NCBI GenBank assembly: GCA_951406725.2
Contig: OX597818.1
Coordinates: 108,438,001 to 108,502,000 of the forward strand
DNA length: 64,000 nucleotides
Direction of reading: 5' to 3'
Source: Octopus vulgaris
Taxonomy: Eukaryota
Positions 11,706-24,941 of this stretch are shown one piece after another (position 1 is the stretch's first letter; each line of letters opens with the position of its first letter). The translations under genes were made by a program, and so were the position numbers. The notes under the pieces are model-generated. The model was not told the origin of the DNA. It searched no databases and saw only the letters and a list, made by a program, of their open reading frames with translations.

Positions 11706-12579
11706 ATTTATGCATGATGTGAGTGGATATTTGCAGCCTTAGAGACAATTATTAGTGTGGATACAGTTACAAATAAGTGCATAAACATTCTGGATGAGTA
11801 GCTTAAGCTTGTGGTTGTTGGAGTTTATTAATCTTTTCCCCAAATTAGCAGAAAGTGAGATTTTAGGATATGTAAATACCTAGTAAACTTATGTTGAGGG
11901 TAGAAATGTTTATTTGATGGAATGAAGAATATCTTTGTTCTTAATCAAGCTTTACTAAGAATCAGCTTTTACAAATATACGTAATATATATATATATCTA
12001 TATATATATTTACACACACACACATATATTTCCAAAAATGGTTACGAGGGATATATCAATGCCAGCTGGCCACAGTGAATCCAAATGTCCTTATAAGGAC
12101 TGAATATTTCCATAGAGAAAATAATGGAATTAATGAATATCAGGAGAAACATATGTAGGTCTAAGTAACGAACAATGTAAATAACTGAATGATAAACCTT
12201 TGATATACAAATCTGTTCTCCTGATCTTCATTAATATCACACACACACACACATATATATATATGCACGAATGTAGGTGTCCATATATGTGTATGTCTAT
12301 ACTTGTATGTGCATATTTGTGTGTATATGTTTGTATGTAGTTTTGTGTGCATATTTGTGTTGTGTGTGTGTGTGTGAACATGCATGTGTTTGAGTATGAG
12401 AGTATGTGTGAGTATTTGTTGAACACTTAGATATAAATGTCATTTGTTGAGCAAGGACATAATCATTTCTGGAGAAAATATACATTTTTGCTTAATTTTT
12501 GTAGTTTTGTTTTTATTTTTCATTTCTTTATCTGATTCTAAAACAGACAAAATCAAATATTTTCTCCATTTTTAATCAG

Positions 12580-12683
12580 TTTGGCAACGATCTAAATTTC
12601 TTGGTCCAAAATGCAATGAATATGAAATTCTTCCCTCCAATTGGTCTGTTGCTCAGTCGCAGAACTTCCCAGCATCCAATTAA
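12580..12683 (+). CDS. Candidate terminal coding exon of an unidentified gene
   Basis: Acceptor ttttctccatttttaatcag (AG 12578-12579), then phase-1 frame WQRSKFLGPKCNEYEILPSNWSVAQSQNFPASN*. Followed by ~1.6 kb of transposon-free, AT-rich, UTR-like sequence with AATAAA motifs. Confidence 0.35.
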
Positions 12684-14284
12684 AATTGCACATAGAGATA
12701 TGCAAATTACAAATATGCAGAAAGTTGTCATTTTTATAACAATGATATTTTTTCTCATCATTCTTTTTGTTTTTGTTTACTGTTTTTTAATTTGATTTTT
12801 CTTTTTTTTTTGGGGGGGGGTAGGCAATGTTGCATAGAAGAGAAATCTGGAATTTTACAAGAAGAGAATGATGCGTAATATGAGCAAATGTGGTAAAATG
12901 CATAACGATTTTATAGGGAGAATTATCAAGAAATATTTGTATAAATAAATTTATAAAAAAAAAACTAAAGTAAAAATAAGGAAACAAATTTTCTATATTT
13001 CATGTCTTATTTGTTGATTATGGTGGCTGTAGTGCTGCTGCTGCTGCTGCTGCTGATGGTGGGGATGAGACAGGACTTCCAAGAGGTCCCAGGATAATTG
13101 TGTGATGTATACATGGAATAGTCACATGAATACAACAAAATTTATGGAAAAATTCCCAGAAAACTTTTAATATTTTTAGCTGTTTTTTTTTTTTATTTTT
13201 TAAAACATGATTTCTATATTTATGTTTTTGTTTATAATTGTCTTTCAATTTATTTATTCTCAATTTTAACAACAGCAACATGCTGCAATAGAAACAATAT
13301 AAAATAACGACAACCACAAAAACTATATTTCAATTGGTTTTTACAAAAGGATGGACAAATCTGTAAACTCTCTGTCGTGTTCTTTTCATAATTTTTCTTC
13401 AAACAGATTTGCTTGGGACATTTTATTTTTCTATACTCATAAAATATTTTATGACTCAACTCAATGGTACCTAGCTTTGTAAAACTTTGAAGCAAATGAA
13501 GCTGGTTGTTTTCAATAAAAAGAAAATTAAAACTAGAAATATAATGAGTGAGTACCAGATATTTTATGATTAGTTCAAATGGATTTGGCATCTTCAGAGT
13601 TAGTCAGAAAATGCAGTAACAAAAAATGTATAAAATTAGTTAATGGCTAAATGTTATGATTTTTCTGTAAGTATGGGAGGTAACTACAGACATTCTTCAT
13701 CCTTATTCTGATATCATCAGCAAAGCATAGATTACCATATTTGCTGAAGTAAGGATGACAGAATCACAAAGTGAATGTACAAAGTTACGCATTGGTTAAC
13801 ATGGGAAAATAACTAATGCAGAGATTCCATCTCACCTTGTCTGGTCACAAAACAAGTTTTTCTAGGAATCAAAACTTTGATTCATTAAACCCTAAACTCT
13901 TACCCTCTCTTCACATATGGTCACAAAGATTTTAATCTAAAATTTTCCCTTTTCGCTAATTTTGGTATTCTTTACACTAAGCAATGGTTTATATTTAGTT
14001 ACATTTCTTGAAAACAAATACTGCCAATATTGGCTTAACCTAAAATCATTTAGTGGTTTAAAAAGTAGATTTTAGTCATTTTAACAAACTAGGTATAATT
14101 TACTTTAGCTCTTTAATATAATCAAGAGACCTTTAATGGTAATGCCTTGACATGGACATAGTCCAATGAGGTGAAACAGCAAAAGAATAAATTACTGTTA
14201 TCTCTCTAATACACCTTGTTCTGTCAAATTCTTCTAAATTCTTCAGCTGAACACAGGAATTAGTTTTAATATTTTTGTATCCAA

Positions 14285-14500
14285 AGGCAGCGAGCTGGCA
14301 GAAACAGTAGCACACTGAGTGAAATGCTTAGCGGTATTTTGTCTTTCTTCAAGTTCTGAGTTCAAATTCCACCAAGGTCAAATTGCCTTTCATTCTTTTG
14401 GCATCAATAAATTAGGTAACATTTGTGTGCTGAGGTCAATCTAATCGACTGGCCCCTCCTCCAAAAATTTCAGGTCTTGTGTCTAGAGTAGAAAAGAATA
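14285..14500 (+). mobile_element. SINE family B
   Basis: aggcagcgagctggcagaaac...gaaatgcttagcggtattt...gagttcaaattcc head plus core. Confidence 0.75.
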
Positions 14501-14881
14501 TTTTTGTATCCTGCTATGGATACAATAACATGAAATGTCCATCATTCATAGCAGGTTGTTTTCAAGGGAATAAGGAGTATCCATTGACCCTTAGATGTGC
14601 GCTTATTTGTCTGCAGTTCCTTCTCAAATTAGTGAAGTCAAGATTGTTGAAGTTCAGCTGACACTTCTCTTGTTGTTTAAATGTAGAGAAACCTTGGGCA
14701 GATGAGGAATTTCAGAGGCTGGTAATTCTGAGAAGAAATAATTGAGAAAATATTTAATGTTGGGTTTGTGAACAGGAAGGAATGATTGGGAAGAATACAA
14801 GGGAATCAAGTCAGTTTGGACAGGGATAGTTTGTAGCTTAATAGTTCATTGAATCCAAAACCATTATAGCCATGGTGCCAC

Positions 14882-14913
<32 letters not shown>

Positions 14914-15227
14914 TGTGTAGAAATGGCACATGCTAGTGACTATAGTTTGTTGAGGTAAGTATCTTATAACTTGGGGGATTGGACTTGACTGAGCAACAAT
15001 ACAATGTAATACTGGTACAAAAAGGCAAATTATTGATGACTTAATATCAAATTGATATAATTTGTTAGGAATCTTCGTACCACAGTCTTTTAAGATTGGT
15101 AAAAACATTGAATCATTACCTTTCTCAAATAAAGTATTGTCCAAAAAAGAATGATAGTCACATCAAGGGCAACAACAAAATAAAGTTATTTTTAACATCA
15201 AAAGAGAGAGGCTGAATTGATATAGGA

Positions 15228-15888
15228 TAAGACCTGGGATGAGGTGGTGACTTGAGAAGACCTGACAAGCCAAGTGAGACCATAGCCCATGGCCTATGCC
15301 ACTGGGTGTAACCAGCCCACTTATGAATATCCCTCATTCATTGGGCAATAAACTTTGCTTGCGAAGGGCTGTTGAGGCAAGTGAAATCAAAATCACTGAC
15401 ATGGCCAATGACAGTACCACCTGATTGGCACTTGTGCCAGTGGAATGTTAAAAGTACATCCAAGTGTGGTCATTGCCAGAGTCACGGATTGCTCCTGTGT
15501 CATTGGCACATAAAAAGCACCATTCAAGTGTGATCAATGCCAGCATTACCTTAATGGCACATGTACCGGTGGCACAAGAAAAACAACATTTGAACATTGC
15601 CATTGCCAGTGCTGCCGGACTGGCTCCCATGCAGGAAGCACATAAAAAAAACATCTTTTGAGCGTGGTTGTTGTCAGAACCACCTGGCTGGCCCTTGTGC
15701 CAGAGGCAGGTAAAATCACTCACTGCACTCTCAGGGTGGTTGGCATTAGGAAGAGCATCAGGCTGTAGAAACTTTGCCAGGTCAGTTTGGAGCCTGGTGC
15801 AGCCTTCTGGCTTGCCAGTCCTCAGTCAAACCGCCCAACCCATGCCAGCATGGAAAGTGGACGTTAAACGACAATGATGATGATGATG
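15228..15888 (+). mobile_element. RTE 3' end / RTE-tailed non-autonomous element
   Basis: KTWDEVV-coding start, minisatellite-containing UTR, and tail cagtcaaaccgcccaacccatgccagcatggaaagtggacgttaaacgacaatgatgatg. Confidence 0.8.
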
Positions 15889-16439
15889 AACTGGGTGAGT
15901 AATTAGAACTTTAATTCCTGTCATATCACAGGAAAAAAACTTTGGTTCAATCTACCTAGCGAATAATTACACAGCTCTACTGCTACAATTCTTTCCTTTC
16001 TCAGCTTACCATGGAATTCCTTTGATACAAAAATGGTTTCTCATTGCCTTCTTTAGACTATTTTTATGAATATACCATTATGTCAGCTAGCTATAATTTC
16101 ACCTTACCTGCCTCACACTCAGAATGAAAGAGAGATATACCACCAAGGAGTTTGTTCAAAGCCCTAATAATTCTGCCAGTCCACCATCCTTTTATCGACT
16201 CCAGAAGGATAAAATGAAAAGTTGAATTTGATGGGATTTGAAAGAGTGGGAGCATAAACCACAAAATATTTTGGTCAACACTCAATGATTCTATCAATGT
16301 GTTGCCTAACCTCTCCAGCTAATTAATGCCTTTTTATCCAAATTTTTGACAACAAAAGATGCTTATGAAATCCACTGCATGTAGAAAAGCATGAAAATAT
16401 TACAATAAATGTCCGATATTCAAGCAAAATTATTCAAAA

Positions 16440-16790
16440 TCATCATCATCATCATCATTTAACATCTGTTTACCATGCTGGTATGGGTTGGATGGTTTCA
16501 CTGAGGTCTGGAGAGCCAGCGGCTGTACCAGGCTCCAATTTGATCAGGCAATATTTCTACAGCGAGAGTGTGGTGGATGCTTTTCACATGCCACCGGCAC
16601 AGGAGCCAGTCAGGAGGTACTGGCATTGGCCACGTTCAGATAGTGCTTTTTACATGTCACTGGCACAGGGGTCAGTCAGGGAGCACTGGCATCGGGTATG
16701 TTCGGATGGTGCTTTTTACATGCCACCAGTATGGGGGTCAGTCATGCACACCTGGCATCTACCACATTCGGATGGTGCTTTTTACAAACA
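16440..16790 (-). mobile_element. RTE 3' tail with ~66-bp minisatellite
   Basis: (CAT)n, then the reverse complement of the family tail and 3-4 units of ggtgctttttacatgccacc. Confidence 0.8.
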
Positions 16791-17408
16791 AATGATGAGT
16801 CACAAATAGTCAAATCAAAATATTGCTTTCTAAGCGATTCGTTTTGCTAAGACAGAACATTCAATGAAGTCAACACCTGTATAAGAGAGAAGATATTTTG
16901 TGTACCTGGGATTGTAAGAGGATAAAAGGCAAACTGAAATGAAATTTGACCTGAGAAATATCAGTAAATTCCAACTGGATGAGAGTTTCTTTAAGGCTTC
17001 ACTGATTCCGCCATTTACGGCGCTCTATTCCCGTCAAAATAATAATCCATATTATACTGAAGAAGAAAACTTTGACTTTCTACTGCATCTTCTTAGATGC
17101 CACCAGAGAAATCATATCTACTTCATCTTCCAATCCGATTCTATGACAAACTGATGGATATGCTACAGGAACCAAAACAAAATAACAATTAAAAACAGGA
17201 AAAACAAGGGAAAAGAAACTGGTAAAATATATGCATATATATGCATATGAGTGCAAATATATACACACATATATATATATATATATATACATACGTAACA
17301 CATACATACATACATAGATATATGTACATATATGCATATATATGCATATGAGTGCAAATATATACATACATAATATATATATATATATACATACGTAACA
17401 TACATACA

Positions 17409-17441
<33 letters not shown>

Positions 17442-17668
17442 GTACATATATGCATATATATGCATATGCATGCACATATTTTTAAAATTTTCATTTTCTT
17501 TTGTTTGTTCTTACAGTTTGTGTGCATGTGTTTGTGTGTGTGTCAAGGGATGATAGCGTGTGTAGGTGTGTATGTGTACCTTGATACAGTTGCAAATATG
17601 TTCATATATTTTTATATAAGTAGATATGTATATGCATGTATCATCATCCTCATCATGTATGTATATTT

Positions 17669-17712
<44 letters not shown>

Positions 17713-17732
17713 CACGCGTATGTATTTGTGTA

Positions 17733-17806
<74 letters not shown>

Positions 17807-17807
<1 letters not shown>

Positions 17808-17918
17808 TTTATTTAAAGCAGCAGAAAATTCAACAAAACCTGTTACTCTGAGTTTCCCGTTGCAACGGGAAACTCAGAGTAACAGGTTTTGTTGAATTTT
17901 CTGCTGCTTTAAATAAAG
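17807..17918. repeat. Perfect 112-bp palindrome embedded in (TA)n
   Basis: 56-bp arm 17807-17862 is the exact reverse complement of 17863-17918, with no spacer. Confidence 0.97.
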
Positions 17919-17989
17919 CATATTACTCTACCACTGGTATTTGAGTACTCTTTCTTCCACCTTGTTTCACATTTATGTGTTTACTCCGG

Positions 17990-18021
<32 letters not shown>

Positions 18022-18066
18022 CATATTATGCACACACGATATTATGTAAATAGAGGAATTTTTTCG

Positions 18067-18141
18067 ATGGCCGGATAACTGAAGAGATGGCGATGTGGGT
18101 TTCCACCCCAACATCCAAAACTCTGAGTTTTATCATGGCTA
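18067..18141 (+). ncRNA. Degenerate type I hammerhead ribozyme motif
   Basis: GATAA-CTGAAGA-GATG..CATC-CAAA-ACTC T GAGT T-TTATC. Stems I, II and III are present; GAAA reads AAAA after C. Confidence 0.6.
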
Positions 18142-18862
18142 CCAAATAATTGTCACATATATATATATATATATATATAGCTGAAGGATTAAGATTAATC
18201 AAAGGACATAGTAAGTATGTCTACCTGCTGGAAATAACAGTCAAAACTCTTATAGAAATCAACCGTCTGCAGGTAAATGGCTAAGACAATCTCTCAACAT
18301 ACATTCAAGTATATATATATATATATATGTATGCATGTATGTATGTATATAGATATACATACATAAAATACTATACATATCATCATCCTCATCGTTTAAC
18401 GTCCGTTTTCCATGCTAGCATGGGTTGGATGATGTTGCCCAAGCAAAAAGCAAACATTAAATGATGATGATATATATGCATGTGTGTGTGTGCATTTAAA
18501 GAGGTAAATAGATAGACAGATAGATGTGAAAGTGTGTGTGTGTATATATATATATAGAACTATGTATGCATATGTATATATATATATACACACATATATA
18601 TATATGTGCACACACATGTATGTATATCTTATCTTTGCATGTATCATCAACCATGTACACAAAACCGGATACAGATACTCATCCCAACATACATGCATCC
18701 TCTCGTGCATGTGCACACATGCATGCATACACACACGCATGCATGCATGCACACTCACACACACACACATGCAAATATATCAGCTTCAATGAATTTCAAA
18801 CCTTAAAGCCAAAAGAAACTTTAACACAACCAAAATAATTTACTCTTAAACAGATAAATATC

Positions 18863-18885
18863 ATATGTATATATATATATGTATG

Positions 18886-18943
<58 letters not shown>

Positions 18944-19023
18944 TGTATGTATGTATGTATGTATGTATGTATATATATATATTTATGTATGTATGTATAT
19001 ATATATTTATGTATGTATGTATG

Positions 19024-19056
<33 letters not shown>

Positions 19057-19059
19057 ATA

Positions 19060-19092
<33 letters not shown>

Positions 19093-19817
19093 ATGTATAT
19101 ATATGTATGTATGTATGTATATATATACATGTATGTATGTATGTATGTATGTATGTATGTATGTATATATGTATGTATGAATGTATGTATATATATATGT
19201 ATGTATGTATATATGTATATATATATGTATGTATATATGTATATATATATGTATGTATATATGTATATATATATGTATGTATATATGTATATATATATGT
19301 ATGTATGTATATATATATGTATGTACATATATATGTATGTATATATATATGTATGTACATATATATGTATGTATATATATATGTATGTATATATATATGT
19401 ATGTACATATATATGTATGTATATATATATGTATGTATATATGTATATATATATGTATATATATATATATGTATGTATATATATATGTATTTATATATAT
19501 ATGTATGTATATATGTATGTATTTATATATGTATGTATGTATATATATATGTATGTATATATTTGTGTGTATATATATATATATACACACACACATATGT
19601 GTGTATATGTGTGTGTATGTATATATATGTGTATGTATATATATGTATGTGTGTATGCATACATGTATGTATATAGATATACATACATAAAACACTATAC
19701 ATGCACATATATATACACATATATACATACACATGTATATACATACTGTTTCTCCCATTTGTGTATGCAAAACGAGATAAGCATACCTATATGTGTGTGT
19801 ATTTGTAAATAAGCATG

Positions 19818-19858
<41 letters not shown>

Positions 19859-19890
19859 ATATATATATATATATATGTATATATATTTAT
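18863..19890. repeat. ~1-kb complex (TA)/(TATG)/(TG) microsatellite
   Basis: Directly visible; explains the long YI/YT/MYVC ORFs. Confidence 0.97.
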
Positions 19891-20526
19891 GAATGCACGT
19901 ATGTAACTATATCCACACAACAAATATATAATTTTAAGCTAATAAATGAATAGCAATCATTATCACCAGCACCATCATCATCATCATCATTATCATTACT
20001 ATTATTATTATTATTATTATTATCATTATTATTATTATTATTAGTAGTAGTAGTAGTAGTAGTAGTGTTATTACTACAACATAGATAAGTATATAGATAG
20101 TCGAATGAATAAATCTGGGTAAATTTGTCATGTTCTTAATTGTTTATTATTTCGAAAAAATATTCACCAGAAATTATGACTCAAGAAAAACAACAACACT
20201 TGAAAGTGGAAAGGAAAATTTATCCGGAAAAATTATATGGTATCACCAAATCTGCTCCCTTCATCTTCCACCATAAACATAACTTGATGTGAAATCTACC
20301 TTGTTTTAAATGTAACACAGCATCAAACACAACTCATAATCTTACCGACCTCAGCAGTTTGTCATCAATGAATGTTATAATTAAATACAAGTTTGTTTCT
20401 CTTTTTACATTTTATGTCTTTTCATGAATTTATCTATTAAGGTGTATTTTGTGTTGATTTTTTTTTTCATCATTTTAAAATTGACTTTAGTTCCTGTGTT
20501 ATTGATTTTGTCTATCGTTATCACGG

Positions 20527-20642
20527 ACATCATCACCACCACCATCATCATCATCTTCATCGCTATCATCGTCCTCATCATCATCATTATCATCATCACC
20601 ACCACCATCATCATCATCTTCATCACTATCATTGTCCTCATC

Positions 20643-20674
<32 letters not shown>

Positions 20675-20970
20675 TATTGTCATCAGCACCACCACCACCA
20701 CCACACCCTTCATCATTGTCGTCATCATCATCATTATTATCATCATCATTATTGTCATCAACACCACTACCACCACAGATTGTCATCATCACCACTACCA
20801 CCATCATCAGTGTTGTCATCATCATCTTCATCATTGTTTTCCTCATCATCACTACCAACACCGCTACTATCATCATTATCATCATCATCATCATCATCAT
20901 CATCCTTGCCATCATCATCATCATCATGGCTCTTGCAATCATTATCATCACCATCATCATCATCATCATT
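20527..20970. repeat. Degenerate (CAT)/(CAC) trinucleotide array
   Basis: Directly visible. Confidence 0.95.
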
Positions 20971-21746
20971 TTTTATGGTTTAGCCAGAAGGAAAGAAACT
21001 TTGCAACTCGTCTGAGACTGGTGAGATTGATACAGTTCGTGTTTGTCTCGAAGATGTCTGCAGAAATGGGTGTGGGACAAAGGATGGATTGCCAGGCTGC
21101 AGAAGAAGGTTTAGGCAAAGATAATAACAGTGGTGAAAGGTGAAGAGGCAGGTGTGTTGGGCGATGGTGATGGAGGGTAGTATACGAATAGCTAACTCAA
21201 TGAAGCAAAGGTCCCTGTAGTAGTGGTAGTAAAGTCAGAGGGAGTGGACACCCAAATTCCAAATCTTCCCACTTGTTCAATTTTCAGTCAATACCAAAGA
21301 TCAGGCATAAATAAAGACAAAACAAAAAAAAAAGGACAAGACTGAACACATTCACCCCCTCCCCACACGCACGAAAGCACATTGTGCCACTTGACTTGTT
21401 GAATTTACATAGCCAACAGCCTAAACTTTGGGCAGAATTATAATTTTTTTCTTCAGACGCTAACATGAGTTTAGAAGCAGGCGAAATTTTATGCTTACAT
21501 ACACACAAATCACAACCATTAAACCACTGGACTACATACAAACAACTCCTGACTACTCTACCATTTGACATATCAAATTTAGAGAGTCTTGATTGTTGGG
21601 GCCTGTCATTAGAAACGTTCACCCAACCATGTCAGCCTTAACTTTAAACCTTTAAAACTAAACAATCTAAAAAACTATGAGTGCATTTTCAACTTCTTTT
21701 TTCTACATTTCTATCTGTGTGGAATAAAATAAATTTTTTACACACT

Positions 21747-21783
<37 letters not shown>

Positions 21784-22483
21784 CACCTTAACCACAATGG
21801 AAAATCTTACTACTTTTAAGAAATATTTATTAATTCCGTATGTGTGGAAGGGGTGTGGAAGTGTGTGTGTAGCAACATGAATATTCATAAGATGAATGCG
21901 TATGTAAGTTTGCATCATCATCAAAGGTCACTGAAGGGCATTTCTGTCTTTCTAAATCAGCCATGCGTTACATACCAATTTGAATTTTTATGCTCTTTTG
22001 GTACTGCACCCAGTCACCTTAACTATAGCAAATGTTATCTCCTTCACAAACCTCTTTCACCCCAGACTCAACACTTTATTATTTATCTTTTTATTCATTT
22101 CCTCCATATTTTGTTTTTTTTTAATTTTATTTTTGTTCTTTTATTTTGTAATTTTATTCATTTAAATCCCATGGGTATATTTGCTCAAATCTTCGGTAAA
22201 CAAATCTATAATTAATTTATTTTACTTTTTTATCTTTTGATTTATTTTTTCCTGTGGTTACTTCATCTGTTTATCTTCATGTTCTTTAATACGCTCCTGA
22301 TGTAGACATTCTAGTGTCTGTAAAGAGTGCAAGTCTAACAAGTACATCTACCACCAACTATTATATAATGAGAAAACTTGCTAAATTGTGCAGAATTCTG
22401 ATGTTTCGCTTGCCATGATTGATTCTGGTGTGTAGTATGTCCATTGTTACAGCATAATTATATTCATATATATATATATAAAG

Positions 22484-22810
22484 GTGGGGCTCTGAAATGG
22501 GTCTCAGGGAGTAGCATCCCTGCCTTCCTGAGCTATTTTCCACCACATTTAAAATTTGTGGTAGAGGCCTTGGGTTCGGGACCACTCATGTCTAGAAACT
22601 GAGGTTGGGGATAAGCAAGAGCATGCTCCCTGTGGAAAATCCAGCTCCAAAAAAGCCTCATGACAGCAAAGGAGAATGGGCACCAGCCAGCCAGCCCAAA
22701 GTTTAGGGTGGGCTGTACCTGCCTACCTCAGTTGCTATTGCATTGATGTAGATCCGGTCACCCCCATTAACGAGGACAAAACCCAGATTTAAAACACTGG
22801 ATGATGATGA
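22484..22810 (+). mobile_element. Unclassified (GAT)n-tailed retroelement end inserted in (TA)n
   Basis: GC-richer block starting at a TA run and ending ctggatgatgatgat. Confidence 0.45.
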
Positions 22811-22949
22811 TCTATATATGTTTTGGTTGATGTAATGTCCCTGGTGTACCAAGACACAGATTACAAAAAAACTGTCAACAAATGGAATAATCATCTATTC
22901 TCTTATTTGATTAATTTATATATACACCCCACTATTGTTTATCATCACC

Positions 22950-23745
22950 CCATCATCATCATCATCATTTAACGCCTGTTGGCCATGCAAGCATGAATGC
23001 TTTTACACAGCACTCTATGGGCACTTTTACACAGTTCCACACAGTTGCTTTTTTGTAGAGTTGCACAGGCACTTTTACATGGTGTCACACAAACACTTTT
23101 ATGTGGCTCCACAAAATCTTTTTACATGACACTAGCAAAAGACTCTTGCAGATCAGTCCTTGCCACTGGGTGGCGGGGGGGGGACCAGTCTTAACACTTC
23201 TCCTGCAGAGTACAGGTCTTCTTGAGTACAGCCAGGTGCTAGGCATCTCAGTTTTCTGTCATCTCGCCTGAAAGGGTTTCTGTCCTGAAGTTGTTCTTTA
23301 GCATTTTGTCCCATGTCTTCCCGAGTCTCCCTCTTCCATGTGTTCCATCTCCTTTGAGAGATCAACACTTCTTTATGGAGCTGTCAGCATCCATCCATAT
23401 CACATGACCAAACAAGCGCAGTCTTCTCTCTTGCATACAGCAACCAATTCCTCTTATGTCTAACTTCTCTCTCAAAGCACTCACATTCTGTCAAACATGT
23501 ACACCTACATTACACATCCAGCAAAGGATACTAGCCTCATTCCTCTCTAACCTTTGCATGTCCTCTGCATTCAGGGCCCATCTCTCACTACCATGTAGAA
23601 TTGCTGTCCATATACATGCATCATATAATCTTCTTTTCACTTGGAAGGAGAAACCTTTCATGACCAACAGAGGTAACAGCTCTGAAGAAGATGCCCTTCC
23701 TAACACCAACCACTCAGCAGTGTGGACTTAGGGCTTTTTATGTGG
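22950..23745 (-). mobile_element. Decayed RTE LINE 3' part
   Basis: KRRLYDACIWTAILHGSERWALNAEDMQRLERNEASILCWMC matches the 9077 ORF. (CAT)n tail at 22950 and a ~23-bp repeat array at 22995-23130. Confidence 0.85.
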
Positions 23746-24198
23746 CACAAGCACAGGTGAGGTAAGTTTTGGCAAAAAAAAAAAAAAATTTCAAGAGGGG
23801 AGGGGCATTTGAGGAGGTGATCTTGTGTTGGATAATGAAAGGTTATAGTGAGACATAGAGAAACAGGTGTCTTGCTGTAGAAGAAGTGCAAGGTTACCCA
23901 GCCGGAGAGAGAGAGAGATAGTGTGCTACCACAACAGAAATATATGGTTACCCAACCTGAGTGAAGTGCAGAGAAGGAGAGAAAGAGTGGGAGACAGCAG
24001 GAAAGAGATGGTGACAAAGTGTCTGGCATATTCACAAGGAACAGGGATCAGAATATAAATGAATAACCCTAGCCAGAATCGAACCCACAAATCATATATT
24101 ATTATGATATATTATTATACAGTTATTGTTATACTATGTGTCCTCCATAATAGCTTTCTCTCTGTAATTTACAAAGCCTTTCTGATTTGTTTACAAAT

Positions 24199-24359
<161 letters not shown>

Positions 24360-24725
24360 ATGTGAGTGTATTGTTATTAATCCAAACAAGTGGAGGAATA
24401 GAAGAAATGAAGTTGAAAATGTACAGAGAACATATTAGAGTTAATTGGAATTTAATTCTATTTTGAAATATACTTTACCAGTCTCACATTCGGTTTTCAA
24501 AAGTGTACAGTTTATTGAGTTGTGTTGTGAATTATGTCTATTCTGGCCATTGTTATAAAAATAGTTTGCTTTTAAAGCAGGAATGCGGTTCAGAACACTG
24601 TCCGTTAGCATAAAGATTGATTGGTCAATGTCTGTGTGTCACGCTCACCAGTGGCATATGGCGGTTGTTATATTGGATGTGCTGCCACAATCAGTGCCAC
24701 CAAATTTCAGAGGCAGAGGTATAAC

Positions 24726-24941
24726 TATTTCTTTACTACCCACAAGGGGCTAAACACAGAGAGGACAAACAAGGACAGACAAACGGATTAAGTCGATTAT
24801 ATCGACCCCAGTGCGTAACTGGTACTTATTTAATCGACCCCGAAAAGATGAAAGGTAAAGTCGACCTCGGTGGAATTTGAACTCAGAACGTAGCGGCAGA
24901 TGAAATACCGCTAGGCATTTCATCCGGCGTGCTAACGTTTC
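24726..24941 (-). mobile_element. SINE family B with 15-bp TSD
   Basis: Core and tail match the other B copies. TSD AGGCAGAGGTATAAC at 24711-24725 and 24942-24956. Confidence 0.9.

Noticed and set aside
18796-19923. 375-aa and overlapping long ORFs rich in Y/I/H/T/M/V/C
   Set aside because: Translations of TA/TATG microsatellites, which lack stop codons; the same applies to ORFs at 1964, 2959, 17080-17895, 27935, 30103-30973, 38287-39047 and 43440-44673.
20405-21143. Poly-His/Ile/Asp/Met ORFs (also 28342-29461)
   Set aside because: Products of (CAT)n arrays, open in several frames on both strands, with no domain or splice evidence.
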